A stretch of 64,000 nucleotides of DNA from Candidatus Collierbacteria bacterium RIFOXYD2_FULL_45_13 (GCA_001774685.1 MFAS01000001.1:897252-961251); one strand, 5' to 3'. Positions 20,248 to 30,141 are shown, counted from the stretch's first letter. Notes: generated by a model from the sequence alone, not told the origin. Made by a program: numbers and translations.

Positions 20248-20589
20248 ATGCAAGTCGATCCTATCAGCAGTTTGTATATGGTCAGACATGAGGCTGACCA
20301 CCTCATCAAGCCCGAACAACAAACCCCAGCCGCTGCAGAGAAGTGCCTAGGCTTTCTCCGGGTTTGCACCCACGACGCCGACGCGTCTATCCTCTTTCTC
20401 GGCAACCTCTTTCGCGTACCAGGCCAGTTTGACTTCTTCCGAATGGTCCCCCAACCGGAACACCCTGACAGCGGAGTTGGCTCCACCTTTATTATCGGCG
20501 GAGACGCCGAGTTCATCCGGAACTGTCGTTTTCTGCAAACCGGAGGTCTTACGATCCACATTGAGACCGACAATCATATTTTTGACTAA
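20248..20589 (+). CDS. hypothetical protein (paralog of next gene)
   Basis: GGAGG SD; SI.F...L...PG....F...GS.F..GGDA.FI motif. Confidence 0.75.
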   Translation: MQVDPISSLYMVRHEADHLIKPEQQTPAAAEKCLGFLRVCTHDADASILFLGNLFRVPGQFDFFRMVPQPEHPDSGVGSTFIIGGDAEFIRNCRFLQTGGLTIHIETDNHIFD

Positions 20590-20616
20590 GCCAGAGCCAC
20601 AACTAAGGAGACTGAG

Positions 20617-20922
20617 ATGCAACAAACTCAAGGCCAAGTTCGCACGGTCGTGGCCAACCTTATTGGAGTCACCCGTTCATCGTATGCGGACAAAATGAAT
20701 TGTGAAGACGCCATCCTCCGCATCACCACGGACCGAGCGGACGTCTCTATCGCATTTATCGAACAACTGGCAAAATTACCTGGAAAACTTATCTACTTCC
20801 AGGCCTATGGTACAGACGGGTACGGGAACGAAGGTTCTGTCTTTGTGGCCGGAGGCGACGCCTCCTTCATTGGCTCCATCAGCAACCTCGCCGGCCCGGG
20901 AGTCCACGTCGACCCATACTAG
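20617..20922 (+). CDS. hypothetical protein (paralog of previous gene)
   Basis: AAGGAG SD; shared motif; terminator near 20930-20953. Confidence 0.75.
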   Translation: MQQTQGQVRTVVANLIGVTRSSYADKMNCEDAILRITTDRADVSIAFIEQLAKLPGKLIYFQAYGTDGYGNEGSVFVAGGDASFIGSISNLAGPGVHVDPY

Positions 20923-20952
20923 CTCAATACCCCGTCTATCCAGACGGGGTTT

Positions 20953-21597
20953 TTATATCTCTACCATCCCAAACTTTGCAGGCTTCTGGTCACCTTTTTT
21001 CGCCACAACAAATATTAGTCGTTTCTCCAATACATAAATCTTTTTCCCCCTGGCGTCTTTGCCAATCCGGTCATCCCACCACCGCTCCTCGAACTCCCAC
21101 AAGGCCACAAAACGGTCTTTGCCGGCGTAATGGCCATAAGGATCGGCAAACCTCAAATACCCCTTTTTCTTATTGACCTCCAAAGCCACACAATAATGCC
21201 CCTGTTCCCCTTTAATCTCAGGAACGCCGGTAATCTTGTTCCAAAAATCACTCCATTTATTAACCGCGTCATCTCCATACTCATCCGAGTTAAAGATCCC
21301 CTGCCAATCCACGCCCACAATGTAACCAGCCTCCAACAGCTTATGAATGTCCTCCACGGAGGAGTCTTCTTTTTGCCACACCATCAACTCCGGATAGATC
21401 TTTCTTAACCCTTTTGCCAGATCGACCAAGGGGAGGCCCAGTCTTTGGACTGTATCTCTGGCTTTACACGCGTCCACAATAGCCTCCTGATCCAAGCTCA
21501 ACCCGAGGCTGGAAACCAGCATCTGCATCACCGCGGGACCACAGTAGGACCCCGTCTCTTGCCTAGCACGAGATAATGTAATATTCGACTTCATCAA
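20953..21597 (-). CDS. C39-like cysteine peptidase
   Basis: QETGSYCGPA, GHYCV, FADP catalytic motifs. Confidence 0.8.
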   Translation of the reverse strand: MMKSNITLSRARQETGSYCGPAVMQMLVSSLGLSLDQEAIVDACKARDTVQRLGLPLVDLAKGLRKIYPELMVWQKEDSSVEDIHKLLEAGYIVGVDWQGIFNSDEYGDDAVNKWSDFWNKITGVPEIKGEQGHYCVALEVNKKKGYLRFADPYGHYAGKDRFVALWEFEERWWDDRIGKDARGKKIYVLEKRLIFVVAKKGDQKPAKFGMVEI

Positions 21598-21651
21598 GCT
21601 ATTCTATCATCGAGATCCCAAAACCTGACATCCGAGATCTGAAACCATGTC

Positions 21652-22854
21652 TTACCCCAGTTGTCTAGCGTATTTGCTCAACAGAGCTGCCAGTACTTCG
21701 TCGAAGCTCACTCCATGCATGGCCAAAACCTCAGTCATGGGCAGACCCATATCCGGGCCAAAGGCGGTATTTGGATTTGAGTCGGTAAAGTAGGGAATAT
21801 TTGTGTCATCGTCAACGCGAACATCAAACTTGGCATAGTCCTTGTGCTGCAAACCTGTAAATGCCCGTACAGCTAGCTGTTGAATTTTGGTTGCCAAAGG
21901 CTCCTCCACGTGTTTATAGGTATATGCCCGCTCGTCGTCGTAAGACTCAAAGCTAGTAAAGAAATGTTTACCATCCGGCTTCTTTCGAAACACCTTTTGC
22001 CCCATGTACACTCTCTTTTTGGTACCATCATCAAAGACTACTACTGTAACCTCCGGCCCATCAATAAACTGTTCCACTATTACCGGGATTTTATAGGTAG
22101 AGATCATGTTGTTTACCTTCCTCTGAGCGTCCTTAATGGTCTCCTTCACCGCCTTGTTGTCAATTCCCACACTTCCCCCGCTCTCGTTCAGCTTAACAAT
22201 CAAAGGTAAGCCAAGATCTTCATTGACTGCCGTCCCCGCCCGGCGAATAAACTGGAAGGCCGGTGTCGGAATCCCATAGGCCATCAAAAGTCTCTTGGTC
22301 AGGTTACGGTTGTTGCCAATCACCAAGCCTTCCATGCCCGCTCCTGTATACAAAACATTGGAAAGCTCCAAAGCGGCCGGCACAGACGTCTGCAATTTAT
22401 CTTTACCTCTCAAGGTGTCAACCAAGTTGATCACCACATCCGGCTTGTCTACCAAAAGATTCGTCAAAAAGTACTGGTCTCCGGTCAGGGCTTTGACAGG
22501 AATCCCTAGCGACTTCACTCTTTCCACCACCTCGGCGGCCCTCTCCTCGACTTCGACCTCCGCCTCGTATGAATCTTTTGTCGGGAAGAAATCTCTTTCT
22601 ACGTGAGAATAGGCCACAATTACCAAATTTAAGTTCTTCAAAGCCGCCTTATCGATCCTCACCTTTATGTTTTTTCGAATTTTTGGAACCCGTACGGTGG
22701 GAACAGCAGTCTCCGTTTTTATGTCTTTTCCCGTCACAGAAGCTTCTCCGGCCACGGTTTTAACTTCCATTTGATCTGTCTTAGACTCATCGGTCTTTGT
22801 TTCTTCACCAAAATCCTTCTTCTTTTTTAGTCCAAGCAGTTCTTTTATTCCCAT
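21652..22854 (-). CDS. D-Ala-D-Ala ligase-like ATP-grasp enzyme
   Basis: YTGAG, PLIVKLNESGGSVGI, EQFIDGPE, YAKFDVR, DSNPN; divergent from canonical Ddl. Confidence 0.8.
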   Translation of the reverse strand: MGIKELLGLKKKKDFGEETKTDESKTDQMEVKTVAGEASVTGKDIKTETAVPTVRVPKIRKNIKVRIDKAALKNLNLVIVAYSHVERDFFPTKDSYEAEVEVEERAAEVVERVKSLGIPVKALTGDQYFLTNLLVDKPDVVINLVDTLRGKDKLQTSVPAALELSNVLYTGAGMEGLVIGNNRNLTKRLLMAYGIPTPAFQFIRRAGTAVNEDLGLPLIVKLNESGGSVGIDNKAVKETIKDAQRKVNNMISTYKIPVIVEQFIDGPEVTVVVFDDGTKKRVYMGQKVFRKKPDGKHFFTSFESYDDERAYTYKHVEEPLATKIQQLAVRAFTGLQHKDYAKFDVRVDDDTNIPYFTDSNPNTAFGPDMGLPMTEVLAMHGVSFDEVLAALLSKYARQLG

Positions 22855-23008
22855 ACATTCAGAATAGCACTCTCTTGCCCTCTTGGACAATAGCTAATTT
22901 AAAGGCACCGTGCCCGCGCTACCTTCGTGTATTATTGACACTTTGATTAAGATAAGCTATAATGCCTTGCACGTTGATTTTCTATTCCCCTCTCCCAAAG
23001 GAGTTAAT

Positions 23009-23524
23009 ATGACCGTCACTCTGATTTCCCCACCCGATGAGGACCTGCTCCCTGTCATTTGTACCTGTCAAGGCCACAAATGCAAACAGGGCCATCAAGT
23101 CACTGAGATTTCCGATTTCACAGTCAAGACTCTATACGGTGCCGACCGTGAATCCCCAACCGGTTCAGAAGAGATTGTGATCACTTGCCAAATCTGTGGC
23201 GACTATGCTTTCCCTCCGGAAAAGAAAAGGCAAGCTCTCATCAAGGCTTACAAGGTATGGCAGAAAACCGGTCAAGCTTCTAAATCCACCCAATGGTCTC
23301 TGAGTTTCACTTGTCCCGAATGTAACCGAACCTCTGAGATCACCCGTCGCAATCTGACCCCGGGAACCACCGCGGACAGTGCCAACTACGGTGGAGATCA
23401 TCCAAGTTACGAGGTCAAAATCGTCTGTCCTGTCTGTGAATCCAGAATCAAGGCGCGCGGTAAAATCCCCTCAGGTATTGAGATGCGAGTAATCGCCGAT
23501 TTCCACAATGCCACCGCCGACTGA
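23009..23524 (+). CDS. protein with two zinc-ribbon-like repeats
   Basis: AAGGAG SD; C...C/CQIC and CPEC/CPVC pairs. Confidence 0.7.
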   Translation: MTVTLISPPDEDLLPVICTCQGHKCKQGHQVTEISDFTVKTLYGADRESPTGSEEIVITCQICGDYAFPPEKKRQALIKAYKVWQKTGQASKSTQWSLSFTCPECNRTSEITRRNLTPGTTADSANYGGDHPSYEVKIVCPVCESRIKARGKIPSGIEMRVIADFHNATAD

Positions 23525-23556
23525 TTATTCGATCCCGTCTTTCAGACGGGATTTTT

Positions 23557-24093
23557 TTATATCCTCGCCCAGTCCAAAGTCCAGACACCGTTCCCATACC
23601 TATCAAAGTCACGGGTCTTTACAAATCCGGCTTTTTCGATGGCGACAATCGAAGCGACGTTCCCCCTCTCAATCTCAGCCACGATCGTTACCACCAGCCC
23701 CATTTTTTCGCGAACAATCCTACATGTGTCCTGCAAGGCGGGTGTGATTAGACCGCCCGGAGCCCCCGGTCTTTTTGCATAGCTAACTTCCAATGCCCCA
23801 CGCACCAGCTCCGATGGATAGACATAAATGAATCCATGTACTCGTTGAATCTCGGGTCTTTCTGCGTCGGCACCGGCAATCGCCAGTAAGAAGTTGTTAC
23901 CCTCCCCCTTCTCATTCATCCACTTGCCATAGTGCTTGTGGCTCATATTTCGTACACTAGTCATCCACGACTGCACTCCCGGGCTCTGAACTATTTCCCG
24001 CAAGTCTCTCAAATCAAAAAAAGAGTTCGAGTCAAAAAATCTGACCTCATAAGTCTGTCCATCTTTATCAAACGTTTTTCCCTCTGGAACCAT
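23557..24093 (-). CDS. GNAT (RimJ/RimL-like) acetyltransferase
   Basis: EVSY, AEIERGNVASIVAIEKAGF motif. Confidence 0.7.
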   Translation of the reverse strand: MVPEGKTFDKDGQTYEVRFFDSNSFFDLRDLREIVQSPGVQSWMTSVRNMSHKHYGKWMNEKGEGNNFLLAIAGADAERPEIQRVHGFIYVYPSELVRGALEVSYAKRPGAPGGLITPALQDTCRIVREKMGLVVTIVAEIERGNVASIVAIEKAGFVKTRDFDRYGNGVWTLDWARI

Positions 24094-24273
24094 AATTAAC
24101 TATACCAATTATCAAAGCATTTTGGATACCCACCCCGTCCCCGTTCACGCTCCATTTGAGGCTAACCAGCCTCAACATCAAACTACCACTTGACATTATG
24201 GGGTAGTTATGATAATATATACCAGTCTCAAGACACGTAAACCCTAATTCTGCTCTACATCCAGGAGGATGAC

Positions 24274-24585
24274 ATGTCTGACGGTAAGCACATTACCAGC
24301 ACGACCGATCGCAAGCCCACCACAATCAACAGCGACCTGACCATCTCGGTCCGCCCGTTCAACGCCGGACCCAAGAGCCGCAAGGGAACCAGCATGGCCA
24401 CCTTGCAGATCGTCGGCGGCCGCGGCCACTTCACCCGCCACCTGCGCAACACCGCAGGTAAATGGATGGGCACCTTGCCCGAAGTCAAGCGCTGCAATCC
24501 CGAAATCGCGGGAAAGGTGCTCGAACTCCGGGCCAAGAACCCCCGCACCATCGTCCTCTGCACCTACGTGGTTGCAGAAGACTGA
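24274..24585 (+). CDS. hypothetical basic protein, high GC3
   Basis: TTGACA promoter, AGGAGG SD, strong codon bias, terminator. Confidence 0.7.
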   Translation: MSDGKHITSTTDRKPTTINSDLTISVRPFNAGPKSRKGTSMATLQIVGGRGHFTRHLRNTAGKWMGTLPEVKRCNPEIAGKVLELRAKNPRTIVLCTYVVAED

Positions 24586-24668
24586 CACAACCCCCAAGTA
24601 AAAAGGAAAACCCCTCTTACTGGGGGTTTTTCTTTGTTTACTTTTATGTCTTTTCTGTATCATGAATT

Positions 24669-24962
24669 ATGACTCAGAACGATCTTTCTCAAATCAGAGC
24701 CGTTTTCAAAGAAGAAATCCAACAAGAGGTCAAGAAGGTTGTCGAAGACGTTCTCGAAGAAAAGCTTGAGGACAAGTTAAAACCTATCAAAACCCAGCTC
24801 GAATCGGTAGAAACTCGGGTCAAATCAGTGGAAATTCAGGTCAAGTCGATGGACAAAAAAATCAACAAGCTCCAAAGGGGTCAAAATATAATTCTGAAAT
24901 ATGTCGACGACCAAGATACTCGTATAGAAAAAACGCGTCAGCCGTATCGAAAACCATCTTAA
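24669..24962 (+). CDS. short coiled-coil protein; C-terminus probably affected by a homopolymer indel
   Basis: Heptad repeats; removing one A near 24930 gives ...KRVSRIENHLNLPSLRAL. Confidence 0.7.
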   Translation: MTQNDLSQIRAVFKEEIQQEVKKVVEDVLEEKLEDKLKPIKTQLESVETRVKSVEIQVKSMDKKINKLQRGQNIILKYVDDQDTRIEKTRQPYRKPS

Positions 24963-24968
24963 CCTTCC

Positions 24969-25005
24969 GTCATTGCGAGCCTTGTAGACAAGGCGTGGCA
25001 ACCTC
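24969..25005. repeat. REP-like palindromic element, copy 2
   Basis: GTCATTGCGAG-ccttgtagacaagg-CGTGGCAACCTC. Confidence 0.7.
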
Positions 25006-25064
25006 CCTCCACCAATATTTCTGCTAAAATTACCTTGCTTGGGTCCCTGTCAAAGCGAAGCTAA

Positions 25065-25138
25065 AGGGGTGTAGTTCAACGGTAGAATCCGGGTCTCCAA
25101 AACCTGTGACGAAGGTCCGACACCTTCCACCCCTGCCA
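25065..25138 (+). tRNA. tRNA-Trp(CCA)
   Basis: AGGGGTG...CACCCCT-G-CCA; anticodon loop CTCCAAA; T-loop TCCGACA. Confidence 0.93.
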
Positions 25139-25145
25139 CTTAACT

Positions 25146-25424
25146 CTACCCTCCCCCTCTCCGTTGTGACAATTTCTCATATCCTCTTGGTGCACAGTCG
25201 GAGCAGGTTAAAGCCACAAAGTTCTGACCCATATGATCCCTGGTATGTTGAATATACTTAGCACCCTTCCCGCAGAAATCACACAACAATGAACTTTCTC
25301 CACTACACGTTATTTCGTAAACAATTTCGCTGTGCCCCATCTCGGTCACCGCATCAATGTAGCGCAACTTTTCCTGAGACAGAATCTTACTCGTATCGTA
25401 TGAATTCAATATTTCTCTTGGCAT
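25146..25424 (-). CDS. small Cys-rich (Zn-binding) protein
   Basis: GGGGGTG SD; CDFC...CSDC. Confidence 0.6.
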   Translation of the reverse strand: MPREILNSYDTSKILSQEKLRYIDAVTEMGHSEIVYEITCSGESSLLCDFCGKGAKYIQHTRDHMGQNFVALTCSDCAPRGYEKLSQRRGGG

Positions 25425-25503
25425 ATATCTCACCCCCTTTCGACAACAAAAAAGCCTTTCGCAAAGAAAGGCTTTTTTACTTATCTACGATTGGTTTATT
25501 TGT

Positions 25504-26898
25504 CTACGTTTTTCCTTTCTTTGCTTTTGTCTTTTTCTTCCAGAGAATTGAGCTATAACGAACTGAGGTGGTATGTCCCAAAAACTCTTGACTAAAATCT
25601 AAGGCTTTCATAGCCAGATCGACGTCGAAGTTTTCGTTGGCACCGTGCATATTACAATCCTCATTACAAAGAGGAATCATCAGAGTATCGACTCCCAAAA
25701 TTTTCTTCACCTCTCCCACAAAAGGAATCGCTCCTCCAACATTTTTCCGGTTCACCTTGCTGCCATAAATTTTCTTCAAAAGCTTTTCAACCGCATCAAA
25801 GTATTGGTTTTCTGTATCAATCTTCACCGGGTCATGTAGGCCGCTAAACTTCAACTCGTACTCAACAAACTTGGGCGTTACCTTCTTCACAAACTTTTCA
25901 AAACTTTTGGCTATGGCTTCTGCTTTTTGGGAAGCTACGATTCTAAAATTCAGCCTTACCTCTGCCTCTGCCGGCACGATATTGGCATATCCGTGATCCG
26001 TGTAGCCGACTTTCAAACCCGTAATTTGAATTGTCGGTCTCAAACCGGTTTGGGTATAAAAATCGACTCCTTTTTCACCCAAGAGTATTTTGACACCAGC
26101 CAACTCAGTGAGATCGTTTGCCTCCCTGATCAGTCTCTTATTGTTTAAAAGCTGGGGTTTGGAAATAATATCCGCTCTTCTATAAAACTCGGCGTATTTA
26201 ATAGAGTTGTCTGCATTAAAAACTTTCGCCAGAAACTTGATCATCTCGGCTCCGGCATTTGGTACACCTCCGCCGAAGATACCCGAGTGAAGATTGTTTC
26301 TTCCCGTTTTATAAACCAAGGTACTGTTAAAACCACCTCTCAGCGACACCTCAATGGTTGGTTTGTTGTTGGTCAATTCACCATCGGAAACCACCAATAC
26401 GTTGCAGGCCAACTTAGCTTTATTTTGTTTCATGAGGTCTGCCAAATCATCGTTGCCGGTCTCCTCGTTGCCCTCAATCAGAAACTTCAAATTGTGACCA
26501 AGCTTCCCCTCTTTGATCAGTTCACTAGCCGTGAAAACGTGGGCCAAGATCTGGCCTTTGTTGTCTACCACTCCCCGTCCAAAAAGTTTATTGTTTGCTT
26601 GAATAAGATCAAATGGTTCATTTTTCCAACCGTCCTTCTTGGCCGCCGGCTGAACATCGTAGTGCCCGTAAATCATGACTGTGTCCAGATCGTCTGACAC
26701 ATGGTAACTGGCAAACACCACCGGATTAGTCGTCTTTCCGTTCCAAACTTCCACTTCGAATTCCGCCTTCTCCAGTTTCTTTTTCAACCAAGCCACTGTT
26801 TTCCTGATCTCTGGTTGATATTTCGGATCCGTTGAAACACTTTTCAGCTTTACGAACTCGGCTAATAACTTCTTGTACTCCTCAAATTTGTTGGTCAT
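25504..26898 (-). CDS. M20 family dipeptidase (Cys-Gly/Dug1-like)
   Basis: YGHYDVQP, GRGVVDNKGQ, EGNEE, LHSG.FGG, HGANE. Confidence 0.92.
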   Translation of the reverse strand: MTNKFEEYKKLLAEFVKLKSVSTDPKYQPEIRKTVAWLKKKLEKAEFEVEVWNGKTTNPVVFASYHVSDDLDTVMIYGHYDVQPAAKKDGWKNEPFDLIQANNKLFGRGVVDNKGQILAHVFTASELIKEGKLGHNLKFLIEGNEETGNDDLADLMKQNKAKLACNVLVVSDGELTNNKPTIEVSLRGGFNSTLVYKTGRNNLHSGIFGGGVPNAGAEMIKFLAKVFNADNSIKYAEFYRRADIISKPQLLNNKRLIREANDLTELAGVKILLGEKGVDFYTQTGLRPTIQITGLKVGYTDHGYANIVPAEAEVRLNFRIVASQKAEAIAKSFEKFVKKVTPKFVEYELKFSGLHDPVKIDTENQYFDAVEKLLKKIYGSKVNRKNVGGAIPFVGEVKKILGVDTLMIPLCNEDCNMHGANENFDVDLAMKALDFSQEFLGHTTSVRYSSILWKKKTKAKKGKT

Positions 26899-26911
26899 AT
26901 GTTTAATAAAC

Positions 26912-27043
26912 AAAAAACTCTCCTTTTGAGGTGAGAGTTGTAACTTCTAATTACGATATTATCTCTCACCACATCAATCCATACCCCAAAAGGAGCGGTG
27001 TTTAATGGTAGTAAGACGATACTGGCTCATACTCCAAATTCTA
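26912..27043 (-). promoter_or_regulatory. putative ribosome-mediated transcription attenuator of the M20 gene
   Basis: Leader ORF plus mutually exclusive GGTGAGAG/CTCTCACC antiterminator and AACTCTC/GAGAGTT-U terminator. Confidence 0.65.
26974..27030 (-). CDS. putative leader peptide MSQYRLTTIKHRSFWGMD
   Basis: ATG 7 nt after TGaTAGAAT; stop codon abuts the antiterminator arm. Confidence 0.6.
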   Translation of the reverse strand: MSQYRLTTIKHRSFWGMD

Positions 27044-27069
27044 TCACACTTGATTTACAATATTACTCA

Positions 27070-27867
27070 GTGCCCAAATTAAAATCCAATCACCGCCCGC
27101 TTGAACTGGTTTTTGTCCGACATGGAGAGTCCGAGGGTAATGTGGCTGTCAAAGCCGCCGAGAACGGAGACGACAGCTTCTTCACCGACGATTTCAAAAA
27201 ACGTCACAGCTCCACTTGGGATCTTACTCTTAGAGGCGTCGAACAGGCCATCGCCGCCGGCAAATGGATCCGCGCAAATATCCACGGTGGAGTTTTTGAC
27301 GGCTACTACGCCTCCACCTACCGCCGTGCCAAACGCACCGCCGGTTTCCTCAATCTTCCCGGTGCCAAATGGAACCTTCGTGACTATATCCGCGAACATG
27401 ACTGGGGTAATCTGGACGTGATGACCGATGAAGAAAGACAAACCAAGTATCCGGATGTTATGGACAAGCGCGAAATCAACCCCTTTTACTTTTCTGCTCC
27501 CGGTGGCGAATCTTTGGCAGAGGTACTCATCCGCGCCCGGGTCGGCATTATGGCTACCCTTTATCGAAAGCTTCCCAATAAACGCGGTATTGTGGTCACT
27601 CATGGCAACATGATGTGGCCCATCCGCATTATCATGGAAGGCTTACTGCCCGACGAATACCTGGCCCTCAAAAAGAAAAAGGACCCCCTAGACAAGATCA
27701 ACAACTGTCAGATCTTTCAATACACCAGGATCAATCCCCAAACGCACGAGATCTCCGAAAAATTTACCTGGATGAGGTCCGTTTGCCCCTGGAATCTCAA
27801 TCCCAAAAATGATGCCTGGCGCCCCATACTCCACAAAAAGTACTCCAACGAAGAACTGGTTAACTAA
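27070..27867 (+). CDS. histidine phosphatase (phosphoglycerate mutase family)
   Basis: FVRHGESEGN, IREHDWG, PGGES, VTHG. Confidence 0.9.
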   Translation: MPKLKSNHRPLELVFVRHGESEGNVAVKAAENGDDSFFTDDFKKRHSSTWDLTLRGVEQAIAAGKWIRANIHGGVFDGYYASTYRRAKRTAGFLNLPGAKWNLRDYIREHDWGNLDVMTDEERQTKYPDVMDKREINPFYFSAPGGESLAEVLIRARVGIMATLYRKLPNKRGIVVTHGNMMWPIRIIMEGLLPDEYLALKKKKDPLDKINNCQIFQYTRINPQTHEISEKFTWMRSVCPWNLNPKNDAWRPILHKKYSNEELVN

Positions 27868-27938
27868 CAAGCCTCCTAATATTCCATATTGGTATACAAT
27901 ATAGGTTGTAGCAACTTGAAATTTAAAAGGAGATAACC

Positions 27939-28892
27939 ATGCTCTACGATTCGCACGAAGCAATTAGAGATGCCATTACTTCACTCCGAAATCTCAACGC
28001 CTTGATCCGGGAACGTCACCAGGCAGGATATGTCCGAAAAGAACGGCTCCAAGAGTGGGTCGTCCTGGGACGCTTCTACTTCGATTCCTGTGGCAACTGC
28101 TGGAAATATACCGGCGGCTCGATACCGGCTGAAGTCTTTCCCGACCTCCCCAAAGTTATGAGACAGACTGAGTTTTCAGCGTTTATCAAGAGGTCATCTC
28201 TTCCCAGCAAAACATCTTCGTTTACGTGTTCGATTGGTGATGATATACCTCCTGCCGATTTATTCTGTCCGGAATGCGGCACCCACTGGACGGTTCAAAA
28301 CTGTCACGATACCGTGATAGAACACGAGACGAGAACTGTAGACCTGAACAAAAAAGCCGGCCAGAGATTAGTTGACGTCGTCGGACGCTGGAAAATGAAC
28401 GGCTATGCCGTCTGGAGACTACAACCGGGCAAATCCATTCGCAATGACATTTACATCGATTCCTCAAATAAGTTGGGTTGGATCGAGCCGGAAGGTGAGT
28501 ATTTCATCAATCCCGGTGACGAAGCCCTGGCCAATATCTGGACTTACCGGCACCACAAATGCCATCGCCAGAACCAACTCAAACGAGAACAGGAATACTT
28601 CCAAAAAATCTTCACCGAAGCCGGGTTCCAGGAAATCTGGCTCTCACCGATCGAAAACAAATATTGCCCCTGTAACAGTTGCGCTCCCTGGTTTGAAGTC
28701 GTCGTCAACAGCATTCATTTCACCATCGGCTGGCGCAAAAGAGTCATCAGCATTCAATCAACCGATCCCCGAATAATCTTCGACAAAATGTTTCCCAACG
28801 AAGAGACCACCAAGAGCACTCATGAGATTCACGCTTGGGGACGCGAAAAATGCATCGAGTACCTCTCGGCCATCAGAAAAATCGTTAAATAA
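27939..28892 (+). CDS. hypothetical Cys-rich protein
   Basis: AAGGAG SD, 317-aa ORF, own promoter and terminator. Confidence 0.8.
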   Translation: MLYDSHEAIRDAITSLRNLNALIRERHQAGYVRKERLQEWVVLGRFYFDSCGNCWKYTGGSIPAEVFPDLPKVMRQTEFSAFIKRSSLPSKTSSFTCSIGDDIPPADLFCPECGTHWTVQNCHDTVIEHETRTVDLNKKAGQRLVDVVGRWKMNGYAVWRLQPGKSIRNDIYIDSSNKLGWIEPEGEYFINPGDEALANIWTYRHHKCHRQNQLKREQEYFQKIFTEAGFQEIWLSPIENKYCPCNSCAPWFEVVVNSIHFTIGWRKRVISIQSTDPRIIFDKMFPNEETTKSTHEIHAWGREKCIEYLSAIRKIVK

Positions 28893-29018
28893 ATTTCCGT
28901 TCAACCCCTGCCGTTGGCGGGGGTTTTGTTTTACCACATGGGTATACTCACCGACTTGATATAATTCAAAACTGTAAGCACTCTTAAACCTTATTTTTAT
29001 CTTTTACGGAGGTAAACC

Positions 29019-29513
29019 ATGCCTGAGAATACTTTCAACGTTGTTTTTGAGTACGACGAAACTACCGGAGGGGCTTACGGAGTTCGCACTTGGACTTCCT
29101 ACCGCGACCAAGCCGAAGCCGAGGCTATGACCAAAGTCAGAACCAATGAAAAGATCATCGCTCAAGGTGTTTCCGACGAAGAGGCCTTGGATCTTACCAG
29201 CCTGACTCCGGAGATCTGCCGCCTGATGTGCGCGGTTGAACAAGCCTTTCAGGACGAGATCAGGCCATCGAAAGAGATGATCTCGTTCCATATGTCCAAC
29301 GCTAAATACGCCATCGCCGCGGACAGACAACGGATCTCCGAACGCCACTTGGTTCGCCACAACGGCCACAGATACATCCAGGCGGCTAGAAAACTGTTGG
29401 CAAGTAGACCGACGTTCAAAACCGCCTCCATGCAGGGAGCTATGATTTTTCTCCAAAACCAACAGGGTCAGGTGGTCTTGGATCTCCAGGATTTCACCTT
29501 CCCCCGCGAGTAA
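29019..29513 (+). CDS. hypothetical protein
   Basis: GGAGG SD; terminator at 29530. Confidence 0.75.
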   Translation: MPENTFNVVFEYDETTGGAYGVRTWTSYRDQAEAEAMTKVRTNEKIIAQGVSDEEALDLTSLTPEICRLMCAVEQAFQDEIRPSKEMISFHMSNAKYAIAADRQRISERHLVRHNGHRYIQAARKLLASRPTFKTASMQGAMIFLQNQQGQVVLDLQDFTFPRE

Positions 29514-29631
29514 CTGCCATCTCAATTATTCCCCGCCATCCGGCGGGGGTTTTCATAAAGCCTATAGTTGACATTTCTTTGATACTGCTCTATAATTCAC
29601 CGAAACACACCCTAACAACTAAGGAGCAATC

Positions 29632-30060
29632 ATGAAATCTTCTCTTAAGCTGAGTATGTTCCCGCTTTATACATTCACCCTTGGCGGTATTCTCACGATC
29701 ATCTTCGTCTTTTTCACTCTTCACCAAGCGGGGGAAATCATTGGAGTTGGGCGAGTCATCGCAGGCGTGACTGTGGTGCTTCTATTTGCCTTCATGGGAT
29801 ACGGGGTATCTCTCATGAACAGCACTAATTTTCACCGTAAAGTCGCCAATCCGGTCGTTCTGGAGAAGTTGTCTCCCGAAGTTCGATACTGGCTTAACGG
29901 GGAGACCTGGGCCAGATACTACGGGCACGATGAAGACTCTGGTCAATTCAAGTTCGGGATTTGGGGAAGAAACGATCTTACCGATCCAAATGACTACGAA
30001 CTGATCCCGCCTTGGAAAGTCAAAGCCTATTTCTCCCTCTCACAGGAAGTTTTTAGCTAG
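29632..30060 (+). CDS. 2-TM membrane protein, YWLNGET paralog 1
   Basis: TTGACA/TATAAT promoter, AAGGAG SD, shared motif. Confidence 0.8.
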   Translation: MKSSLKLSMFPLYTFTLGGILTIIFVFFTLHQAGEIIGVGRVIAGVTVVLLFAFMGYGVSLMNSTNFHRKVANPVVLEKLSPEVRYWLNGETWARYYGHDEDSGQFKFGIWGRNDLTDPNDYELIPPWKVKAYFSLSQEVFS

Positions 30061-30141
30061 AGCCATCTCCCCGCCATCCGGCGGGGATTTTAGTGATAAA
30101 ATAAACCCCATAGTACCTTAAACCAACTACGGAGGCTGAAC

